NCBI GenBank assembly: GCA_040905465.1
Contig: JBBDRK010000003.1
Span: 1 to 10,614 of the forward strand
Reading direction: 5' to 3'
DNA: 10,614 bases
Source: Trueperaceae bacterium
GTDB lineage: Bacteria; Deinococcota; Deinococci; Deinococcales; Trueperaceae
In this document: piece after piece, positions 1-6,951 of the stretch
Layout of the letters: each line of letters starts with the position of its first letter
Position numbering within the stretch: position 1 is the stretch's first letter
Made by a program: the position numbers and the translations under genes
Notes under the pieces: model-generated
Told to the model about the DNA's origin: nothing
Database searches by the model: none
The model's input: the letters and a program-made list of their open reading frames with translations, nothing else

Positions 1-119
1 GCGCTCGTGACGGGCATGGTGATGGGCATGGTGACGGGCATGGCGATGGGCATGGCGACGGTAGCGCTCGTGACGGGCCTGGCGCTGGAAGTGGCGATGG
101 ACTTGGTGACGGTCATGGT
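1..119 (+). repeat. 12-bp tandem repeat GAYGGGCATGGY x4 (9-56) with degenerate copies to 119; 15-mer GCGCTCGTGACGGGC repeated at 1-15 and 64-78
   Basis: Units read directly: gacgggcatggt (9-20), gatgggcatggt (21-32), gacgggcatggc (33-44), gatgggcatggc (45-56), gacggtcatggt (108-119). Frame 3 gives ARDGHGDGHGDGHGDGHGDGSARDG...; frame 1 gives ALVTGMVMGMVTGMAMGMATV...AAS*. Confidence 0.9.
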
Positions 120-135
120 TACGGCCGCATCGTGA
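1..135 (+). CDS. Possible 3' end of an upstream operon gene (truncated by window edge; mrpG would be expected here), reading frame ambiguous
   Basis: Frame 1 is open from 1 to TGA 133-135, which overlaps GTG 132-134 (GTGA), the same junction style as 1151-1154 and 1531-1534. Frame 3 is also open and continuous with 132..1154. Confidence 0.4.
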   Translation, partial: ALVTGMVMGMVTGMAMGMATVALVTGLALEVAMDLVTVMVTAAS

Positions 136-1154
136 ACGCCATCGCGGCGGTGCTCGAGCAACTGTTCGACGCACTGCTGGCGCTGACACTGGTGCTGTTG
201 GCGGCGAGGCTGCTGTTCAACCGCGACCTTTTCGCCTCGGCCGTGCTGTTCGTCGCCTTCGGCCTGACCACCGCTCTGGTCTGGGTCCGTCTGGCCGCCC
301 CGGACGTGGCCCTGGCCGAGGCGGCGGTTGGAGCCGGACTCACCGGCGCGCTCATCCTGCGAGCGGCCGGCCAGATGTCCGAAGGCGGGCGGCCCGTGCC
401 GCCAAGGCCCTTACCGGTTGCCGCTGTCGTCGTTCTGGCGGGTGCGCTATGCCTGACTCTGCTGCATACCTTGTCGGCGTTGCCCTGGCCGCGATCCGGC
501 CTGGCGGCCGCGGTAAGCGGGCAGTTGGGGACACTGGGATTGGAGCAGCCGGTGACCGCGGTGTTGCTGGTATTCCGGGGTTACGACACCTGGCTCGAGC
601 TGGCGGTCCTGTTGGCAACGATTCTCGCGGTGCTCGGGGCCAGCCCGGCGGCCGACCTCGCCGCCCGCCGCATTCGGACCGAACCGGATCTGCTGCTTGC
701 GACGTTGGCACGGCTCCTGTTGCCGGTTGCGGTGATCGTTGCCGGCTACATGGTGTGGCGCGGAACCGGAGCACCGGGAGGTGCGTTTCAAGGTGGCGCG
801 GTGCTGGCGGCCGCTGTCGTGCTCGGTTACCTGGCCGGCCTGCGCCCGTCGAAGGCGCTACGCGGGTGGCGCGTGCGGCTGCTGGCGCTGCTCGGCTTCG
901 CGCTGCCGCTGCTGTTGACCCTTCCTGCGCTGCTCGGCGGCAGGCCTTTGTTCTCCTACCCCTCCGACGCGCCCGGCAACTGGATTCCGGTGATCGAGAT
1001 GGCTATCGCGGCGAGCGTCGCGTTCACCTTGTCCGCACTCTTCGCAGGAGCGGAACCGGCGGCTGAACCTGACGACGTGCCAATCGAAGCGTCCCGCTCA
1101 GCGCCCGACGAAGAAGCGCGCCCCGAATCGCCGCCGCCGGAGCGCGGCTCGTGA
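132..1154 (+). CDS. mrpB: Mrp/Mnh cation:proton antiporter subunit B-type protein (N-terminal DUF4040-like domain + MnhB domain)
   Basis: Multi-TM protein. Motifs LAAPDVALAEAAVGAG (DUF4040/MrpA C-terminal-like), VTAVLLVFRGYDTWLE (FRxxDTxxE) and PGGAFQGG (MnhB). Stop overlaps mrpC start (GTGA). The start could lie further upstream because the frame is open to the window edge. Confidence 0.88.
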   Translation: MNAIAAVLEQLFDALLALTLVLLAARLLFNRDLFASAVLFVAFGLTTALVWVRLAAPDVALAEAAVGAGLTGALILRAAGQMSEGGRPVPPRPLPVAAVVVLAGALCLTLLHTLSALPWPRSGLAAAVSGQLGTLGLEQPVTAVLLVFRGYDTWLELAVLLATILAVLGASPAADLAARRIRTEPDLLLATLARLLLPVAVIVAGYMVWRGTGAPGGAFQGGAVLAAAVVLGYLAGLRPSKALRGWRVRLLALLGFALPLLLTLPALLGGRPLFSYPSDAPGNWIPVIEMAIAASVAFTLSALFAGAEPAAEPDDVPIEASRSAPDEEARPESPPPERGS

Positions 1155-1534
1155 CCGCCCAGGCGATCTACCTCACCGCCGCGCTGCTGCTGTTCTCACT
1201 GGGGCTGACCGCTCTGCTGCTCACCCATCACCTCATCCGCAAGGTGTTGGCGCTCAACGTGATGGCCAGTGCGGTGTTCCTGCTCCTGGTGGTTATCGGC
1301 TACCGGCCGGCGCAGCAGCCCCCGACAGAGCCGCCGCTCGAGCCGGCCCGGAGCAGTGCCGTTACTGTCGACAGCGCGTCGTTGCCGCCCAAGGACGGTA
1401 CCGACCCGGTACCGCACGCACTGGTTCTCACCGGCATCGTAGTGTCGTTCAGTGCCAGCGCGTTGGCCGTTGCCCTCTCGCGCCGCGTCCACGCCGTCAC
1501 CGGTGAAGCCCGCTTGCCGGAGGAGCAGGCGTGA
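1151..1534 (+). CDS. mrpC: Mrp/Mnh antiporter subunit C (NuoK-like)
   Basis: 127 aa, three hydrophobic segments; HLIRKVLALNVM and DPVPHALVLTGIVV match MrpC signatures; GTGA overlaps at both ends; GGAG at 1139-1142. Confidence 0.92.
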   Translation: MTAQAIYLTAALLLFSLGLTALLLTHHLIRKVLALNVMASAVFLLLVVIGYRPAQQPPTEPPLEPARSSAVTVDSASLPPKDGTDPVPHALVLTGIVVSFSASALAVALSRRVHAVTGEARLPEEQA

Positions 1535-2988
1535 GCAACCTTCCGGCTTGGGTCATCTGGTTGCCACTGGCGGGCGCCGCGGCCTGCTGGCTGGTACCGG
1601 CTCTGCTGACCCGGTTCACTGCAATGGCCGCCGCTGCCCTCACGCTGAGCGCCACACTCTCGCTAGCGCTGCAGGTCTGGCACCGCGGTCCCGCTGCCTA
1701 CCCGATCGCCGGCTATTCAGCTCCCTTGGGAATCGAGCTGATGGTCGACGGCCTGGCCCTCTGGATGTTGCTCCTCAGCGGCGTGACCAACGCGCTGATC
1801 GGCATCTATGCAGTCCTCTGGTTTCCCGCGGGCAGACCGGGCTTCTGGCCGTTGTGGCTGCTGCTCTGGGGCGGCCTGAACGCCCTCGCCCTGTCGGCTG
1901 ACCTGTTCAACCTCTACGTGACTCTCGAAATAGTCAGCCTGTGCGCCGTGGCGCTGGTGACGCTCTCCGAAGAGCGAATTGCCCTCACCGCGGCAACGCG
2001 CTACCTCCTTGCGGCCATGCTCGGCTCCCTGACGTATCTGCTGGGCGTGGCGCTGGTCTATGGCGAGCATGGGGTACTCGCGCTGACCGCCCTGTCACGC
2101 CTCGAGCAGATGGGCCCGGCAAGCTCCGTCGCCCTGGTGCTGTTGACAATCGGGCTGCTGTTGAAGACCGCCGTCTTCCCCTTCCACTTCTGGTTGCCGC
2201 TGGCCCACGCCAGCGCGCCGGCGCCGGTCAGTGCGCTGCTCTCGGCACTGGTCGTCAAGGCCTCGTTCTATCTGCTGATAAGGCTATGGCTTTTCGTGTT
2301 CGGGGCGCTACCGCTGATGGCCGCGGCACAGGTCCTCGGTGCGCTGGGAGCGGCTGCGGTCCTCTACGGTTCGGTACAGGCGTTGCGCCAGGAGCGCCTC
2401 AAACTGCTGGTTGCCTACTCGACCGTCGCCCAGCTCGGCTATCTGGTTCTGGCGATGCCACTGGTGATCGGCACCGCCCCCGACGTGCGGGCACTGGCTT
2501 ACCAGGGCGTCGCGTACCACATGATGTCCCACGGCCTGGTGAAAGCGGCGCTGTTCCTGGCGGCCGGTGTAGTTGCCAGGAGCTACGGACACGACCGGGT
2601 GGCCGAGCTCAAGGGCATGGCAACCCGGCTGCCGGTCACTACCTTCGTCATAGCCCTGGCGGCCGCGAGCCTGATCGGCCTGCCGCCCAGCGGCGGCTTC
2701 GTGGCCAAGTGGTGGTTGGTGAGCGCAGCATTGCAGGGCGGCCAGCTCGGATGGGGGTTGACGCTGCTGCTCGGTGGCCTGCTGAGCGCGCTCTACATGT
2801 TCCGGCTGCTGGCGATCGGCATGCCCCGCGGCCGGCCGCACGAGGAACCCGGCAATGAGCCTCTGGCGCTGGCGTTGCCGGCATTCACGCTGGCTCTGGC
2901 GGCAGTCGCCATCGGTTTGCGCTCGGTCGAACTCATCGAGCTACTGCATGTGGGCGCCCCCTTCGACCTGTTCGGAGGGCGGCGATGA
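1531..2988 (+). CDS. mrpD: Mrp antiporter subunit D-family protein 1 (proton-conducting membrane transporter, NuoM/N-like)
   Basis: 485 aa; APLGIELMVDGL, DLFNLYVTLE (TM5 Glu, 1927-1929), LKTAVFPFHFWLP, SALLSALVVKA, LKLLVAYSTVAQLGY, SHGLVKAALFL, GLPPSGGFVAKW. SD GGAGGAG at about 1519-1525. Confidence 0.92.
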   Translation: MSNLPAWVIWLPLAGAAACWLVPALLTRFTAMAAAALTLSATLSLALQVWHRGPAAYPIAGYSAPLGIELMVDGLALWMLLLSGVTNALIGIYAVLWFPAGRPGFWPLWLLLWGGLNALALSADLFNLYVTLEIVSLCAVALVTLSEERIALTAATRYLLAAMLGSLTYLLGVALVYGEHGVLALTALSRLEQMGPASSVALVLLTIGLLLKTAVFPFHFWLPLAHASAPAPVSALLSALVVKASFYLLIRLWLFVFGALPLMAAAQVLGALGAAAVLYGSVQALRQERLKLLVAYSTVAQLGYLVLAMPLVIGTAPDVRALAYQGVAYHMMSHGLVKAALFLAAGVVARSYGHDRVAELKGMATRLPVTTFVIALAAASLIGLPPSGGFVAKWWLVSAALQGGQLGWGLTLLLGGLLSALYMFRLLAIGMPRGRPHEEPGNEPLALALPAFTLALAAVAIGLRSVELIELLHVGAPFDLFGGRR

Positions 2989-4472
2989 ACTGGTCGTTCT
3001 GGCTACCGTTGCTGGTTCTCGCCAGTTCTCTCGTGACCGGCCTCGCCATCTTCCCGCTGCCCGCTCGTCGGTCGAATCTGCGCAACACGCTCAACATGTG
3101 CGGTGCGAGCATCAAAGTGGTGCTCGTCGCCGTTATCGCCTGGGGCACCGTGCACGGGATCGACTATGAGACGCGCCTACCGCTGCTTCCCGACTACGAC
3201 CTGGTACTCGCGGTCGAGCCGGTTTCACTGCTCTTCGCCTCGCTATCGGCGGTTCTATGGTTCTTCACCACGATCTACGCAATCGGTTATCTGCGGGACT
3301 CGCCCAACCTTAGCCGCTTCTTCGGTTTCTTCAGCCTCTGTGTTACCGCCGCGGTCGGAGTGTCCCTGGCCGGCAACCTGCTCACCTTCGTGGTCTTCTA
3401 CGAACTGCTGACGCTGACCACCTACCCCCTGGTAGTGCACCGTGGCACTCCCGAGGCGGTGAGCGCCGGCCGTACCTACCTGGTCTACACGCTGGTGGGC
3501 GGGACTCTGCTGCTCCTCGCCGCGCTTTGGCTCTACGCTATCGCCGGTCCGGTCGACTTCGTCAGTGGCGGCGTGTTGACGCACCATGCCGAGGGCCGGC
3601 CGTGGGAGTTGCGGGCGCTTTTCCTGTTGCTCATCGCCGGCCTGGGAGTCAAGGCGGCACTGGTTCCGCTCCACGGCTGGCTGCCGCGGGCGATGATCGC
3701 TCCCGCTCCGGTGAGCGCTCTCCTGCATGCGGTGGCCGTGGTGAAGGCGGGCGCTTTCGGCATCATGCGGGTAATCTTCGACGTCTTCGGGGTCCGGCTT
3801 AGCAGCGAGCTCGGCATGAGTGGGGCGCTCACCGTCCTCGCCGCCACCACCATCATCCTCGGTTCGCTCATGGCACTGCTTCAGGACGACCTCAAGCGCC
3901 GGCTGGCCTACTCGACGGTCAGCCAACTCTCCTACATCCTGCTCGGGATCGCCATGCTCGGACCGCTCGGCACTATCGGCGGCCTGGTCCACCTGGTGCA
4001 CCAGGGGCTGATGAAGATCACCCTGTTCTTCGCGGCCGGGAACCTGTCCGAGACTCTCGAAGTGCACCGGGTGAGCGAGATGGACGGGGTGGCGCGGCGC
4101 ATGCCGCTCACGATGGCGGCGTTCACCCTGGCCGCCTTGGGCATGATCGGGCTGCCTCCCGTTGCCGGCTTCGTGAGCAAGTGGTACCTGGGCCTCGGAG
4201 CGCTCGAGCAGGGCGCCGGCTGGATCCTCTGGGTACTGGTAGCCAGCAGCCTGCTCAACGCCGGCTACTTCCTGCCCATTATCTACCGGGCATGGTTTCG
4301 TGCTCCGCAACGTTCCGTCGCGCCGGTTCACGACAGGCTGGAGGCGTCGTGGTTGCTGATCTTGCCCACCATGGCGACCGCGTTCATGGCGCTGGCGGCC
4401 GGAATGTTCGCCAACGCTTCCCTGAGCCCGCTCACGCTCGCCCGCCAGATCGTGACGGAGATGTACCGATGA
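2985..4472 (+). CDS. Mrp antiporter subunit D/A-family protein 2 (MrpA/NuoL-core-like)
   Basis: 495 aa; NLLTFVVFYE (TM5 Glu, 3402-3404), VKAALVPLHGWLPRAMIAPAPVSALLHAVAVVKAG (SALLHA is MrpA/NuoL-type), LKRRLAYSTVSQLSY, GLPPVAGFVSKW. ATGA overlap with the previous gene; SD GGAGG at 2974-2978. Confidence 0.92.
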   Translation: MNWSFWLPLLVLASSLVTGLAIFPLPARRSNLRNTLNMCGASIKVVLVAVIAWGTVHGIDYETRLPLLPDYDLVLAVEPVSLLFASLSAVLWFFTTIYAIGYLRDSPNLSRFFGFFSLCVTAAVGVSLAGNLLTFVVFYELLTLTTYPLVVHRGTPEAVSAGRTYLVYTLVGGTLLLLAALWLYAIAGPVDFVSGGVLTHHAEGRPWELRALFLLLIAGLGVKAALVPLHGWLPRAMIAPAPVSALLHAVAVVKAGAFGIMRVIFDVFGVRLSSELGMSGALTVLAATTIILGSLMALLQDDLKRRLAYSTVSQLSYILLGIAMLGPLGTIGGLVHLVHQGLMKITLFFAAGNLSETLEVHRVSEMDGVARRMPLTMAAFTLAALGMIGLPPVAGFVSKWYLGLGALEQGAGWILWVLVASSLLNAGYFLPIIYRAWFRAPQRSVAPVHDRLEASWLLILPTMATAFMALAAGMFANASLSPLTLARQIVTEMYR

Positions 4473-4576
4473 GCGCCGAGCGGCTCGGAAGTTGCCCGGC
4501 GGCGCTGTCGGGAGACACTCCACCTGGCCCGACGTTTCCGGCTCGGCCGGCGCGCCGCGGGAGGGTGGCGTCGTGA
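4469..4576 (+). CDS. Putative 35-aa bridging ORF (MSAERLGSCPAALSGDTPPGPTFPARPARRGRVAS), hypothetical
   Basis: ATG 4469-4471 overlaps the upstream stop (ATGA), with GGAG at 4457-4460; its TGA 4574-4576 overlaps the GTG start of the next gene (GTGA). Confidence 0.45.
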   Translation: MSAERLGSCPAALSGDTPPGPTFPARPARRGRVAS

Positions 4577-6402
4577 CCGGCCTCGTCGCCGCGGTGTTGG
4601 CCGTCCCGCTGGTGCTGGCAACGCTGCTGGCGGTCCCTGGACGGCTTCGCGCCGCCGCCACGGCGCTCGCGCCCTGGGCGGCGTTACCGGCGGTGGCGCT
4701 CGCGGTGCCCGCGGTGCTGTCGATCCACGTCTCGGACGCGCCACAGACGAGGCTGGATCTCCCCTGGCTGCTTCTCGGCAGCACCTTCGGTATCGACGAC
4801 ACCGGTAGCGTCTTCCTGTTGCTGACTGGTCTCCTGTGGCTGCTGGCCGGTCTCTACGCCAGGGCTTACCTGGCAACCGACGCTGCACGCACGCGCTACT
4901 TCGCTTACCACCTGTTTACGCTCGCGGGAAATCTGGGCGTGGTGCTTGCCCACGACGTGGTGAGCTTCTACCTGTCGTTCCTGGTGATGACGCTGGCCGC
5001 CTTCGGGCTGATCATCCACCGCGGCACGACCGCCGCCCGGCGGGCTTCGCTGGTTTACCTGGTAATGGCGGTCGCGGCCGAGGGCCTGCTGCTCTTCGGT
5101 TTCGTCGTGACGGCGCACGAGATCGGCGGGGTCGGGCTTCCGGCGCTCCTTCCTGCCGGACAAGGCCACGACGTCGGCGGCAACGCCTCGCTGATGCTGC
5201 TGCTCGGATTCGGCGTCAAGGCGGGACTCCCGCTCCTGCACATGTGGTTGCCACTGGCCCACCCGGTCGCGCCCACGCCGGCAAGCGCGGTCCTCAGCGG
5301 GGCGATGATCAAGGCCGGTCTGCTCGGCTGGCTCCGTTTCCTACCGTTGGGCGAGGGCGCGGAGCCGCTGCTCGGCACGTCGATGGTGATCGCCGGACTG
5401 GTCGCGGCGTTTTACGGCGCGGTGCTGGGCGTGACCCAGCGGCAGCCGAAGGCGTTGCTGGCCTACTCTAGCGTGAGCCAGATGGGCTTTCTCACCGTTG
5501 CGGTTGGTGCCGCACTGGCCCTCCCGGAAGTCTGGCCGGCAGCCCGGACGGCCGTGCTGGTGTTCGCTTTTCACCATGCGATGACCAAAGGCGCGCTGTT
5601 CCTGGGCGTTGGAATCGTTCAGCGGCAGGAACGGTGGCGGCAGCGGCTACTGCCGCTAGTGGGCATGGCATTTGCCGGTGCAGTCCTGACCGGGTTGCCT
5701 TTCACCGGTGGCGCCCTGGCGAAGTCCCTCCTGAAGAACGCCCTGCACCCGCTTGCCGAGCAGGTGTCCTGGGCTTCGCCGCTCCCCTTCCTGGTCACGC
5801 TGGCAGCGGCCGGTACGGGACTGCTGATGTTGCGTCTGCTGGCGCTGCTGCTTCGGCGCGCGGAAGAGGAGGAGGAGGAACCGGCCCCTTCTCGGGCGAC
5901 GGCGGGGATGTGGCTGCCCTGGCTCGGCTCGCTGGCTGCGGTTGCCGCGGGCCCCGTGCTGCTGGCGTCGCTGCTGGGAGTCCCACTCTACGGCTTCGAT
6001 GATCTCGCTGTCAGCGGCGGGAGCGCTTCTGGCGAAGGGATTGCCATCGAGGGTGTGGCAAAGGCCTGGGAGTTGCTGTGGCCGGCACTGCTGGCGGCCG
6101 CGGCGTACCCGGTTCTGCTACGCGGCGCGGTGCCTGAGTTGCCCGCCGGCGACGTGCTGGTGCCGCTCGAACGAGTCACGGTGCGCCTGGCGGCGGCGAC
6201 AGCAGCGCGCACCTCCCGCGTCGCCGGCGCTCTGGAGCGGCTACGGACGAGTTGGAACGCCCAGCGCCGGCGTCTGGGATCGGGCCAGTGGTTGCCGAGT
6301 CTGGAGCGGAACCTCATGCGCTGGGACAGCGCAGGCGTTCTGCTGTTGCTGCTGGGGGCACTCCTTACGGCTGTACTGATGGGAGGGCGCGACGGTAGTT
6401 AG
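4573..6402 (+). CDS. Mrp antiporter subunit D/A-family protein 3 (complex I subunit 5 / HyfB-like)
   Basis: GVKAGLPLLHMWLPLAHPVAPTPASAVLSGAMIKAG, PKALLAYSSVSQMG, HHAMTKGALFL, GLPFTGGALAK; C-terminal ELPAGDVLVP segment and terminal TM helix. Start placed at GTG 4573 (SD GGGAGGG 4559-4565, hydrophobic helix follows immediately) rather than 4492. Confidence 0.88.
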   Translation: MTGLVAAVLAVPLVLATLLAVPGRLRAAATALAPWAALPAVALAVPAVLSIHVSDAPQTRLDLPWLLLGSTFGIDDTGSVFLLLTGLLWLLAGLYARAYLATDAARTRYFAYHLFTLAGNLGVVLAHDVVSFYLSFLVMTLAAFGLIIHRGTTAARRASLVYLVMAVAAEGLLLFGFVVTAHEIGGVGLPALLPAGQGHDVGGNASLMLLLGFGVKAGLPLLHMWLPLAHPVAPTPASAVLSGAMIKAGLLGWLRFLPLGEGAEPLLGTSMVIAGLVAAFYGAVLGVTQRQPKALLAYSSVSQMGFLTVAVGAALALPEVWPAARTAVLVFAFHHAMTKGALFLGVGIVQRQERWRQRLLPLVGMAFAGAVLTGLPFTGGALAKSLLKNALHPLAEQVSWASPLPFLVTLAAAGTGLLMLRLLALLLRRAEEEEEEPAPSRATAGMWLPWLGSLAAVAAGPVLLASLLGVPLYGFDDLAVSGGSASGEGIAIEGVAKAWELLWPALLAAAAYPVLLRGAVPELPAGDVLVPLERVTVRLAAATAARTSRVAGALERLRTSWNAQRRRLGSGQWLPSLERNLMRWDSAGVLLLLLGALLTAVLMGGRDGS

Positions 6403-6871
6403 CGGACGTTATCTGAAGGCCGGCCTCCGGCGATTTCTGCTCCTCCTGGTCCTGTGGTGGGTGCTGGCCGAGGGAGACGCGGGAGGATGGCCGTTGGCCC
6501 TGGCTATCACTCTGGCAGCCACCCTGCTGAGCCTCGCCCTGTTGCCGCCTCCACCCTGGCGCCTTCGCTGGCGTGCCGTCCCTGGCTTCCTCGGCTTCTT
6601 CCTGCGCGAGATGTTCCTCGGCGGTGTCGACGTAGCGCGCAGGGCGCTGCAACCGAGCATGCCGCTGTCGCCGGGCTATCTCACCTACCGGCCGCGCCTC
6701 GAGAGCGACGCTGCTCGCCTGTTCATGACCTGGACGGTCGGTCTCCTGCCGGGCACTGCCAGCGTGCAACTGCAGCGACGCTCCCTGGAGGTGCACGTCC
6801 TCGACACGCGTCTGCCCGTGGAGGAAACTCTGACCATGCTGGAGCAGCGGATCGATGCGTTGTTCGAGTAA
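6392..6871 (+). CDS. mrpE: Mrp/Mnh antiporter subunit E; start uncertain (ACG 6392 proposed; first canonical start is GTG 6461)
   Basis: FLLLLVLWWVLAEGD, FFLREMFLGGVDVARRALQPSMPLSPG, LLPGT and LEVHVLD match MnhE. The frame is open from 6380; SD GGGAGGG at 6381-6387; 6392..6871 gives 159 aa, a typical MrpE length. Confidence 0.88.
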   Translation, partial: TVVSGRYLKAGLRRFLLLLVLWWVLAEGDAGGWPLALAITLAATLLSLALLPPPPWRLRWRAVPGFLGFFLREMFLGGVDVARRALQPSMPLSPGYLTYRPRLESDAARLFMTWTVGLLPGTASVQLQRRSLEVHVLDTRLPVEETLTMLEQRIDALFE

Positions 6872-6951
6872 CAGTGGCCGGCCGGGCGTACCGCGCCCTC
6901 GACGCGAGTTCGATCCTCGCCTCCGAGTCGAATCGGGTGAAGGGAAAATCC

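Noticed and set aside
1..119. CRISPR array, or a minus-strand (Pro-Cys-Pro-Ser)n gene, at the 5' repeat
   Set aside because: The units are contiguous 12-mers with no spacers. Unit variation is also synonymous on the minus strand, but the operon context is plus-strand and there is no minus-strand gene signal.
4492..4572. ORF-track start of D3 at 4492
   Set aside because: No good SD and a hydrophilic leader; GTG 4573 has GGGAGGG at proper spacing and a GTGA overlap.
3255..4802. 515-aa minus-strand ORF and other long antisense or alternate-frame ORFs (e.g. 1941..2858, 6685..7671, 7590..8570, 9475..10536)
   Set aside because: They are shadows of real genes in high-GC DNA with few stop codons, and have no recognisable motifs.
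1531..6402. Calling the three large membrane genes nuoL/nuoM/nuoN or a hydrogenase-4 arm
   Set aside because: Flanking mrpB-, mrpC- and mrpE-type genes and the absence of nuoH, Fe-S or NiFe subunits in the window favour an Mrp antiporter.
6454..6951. 166-aa N-terminal extension of the oxidoreductase (ORF 6454..8601, 715 aa)
   Set aside because: It overlaps mrpE in another frame and is Arg/Ala/Pro-rich shadow sequence. The Rossmann motif begins right after ATG 6952, which has its own SD.
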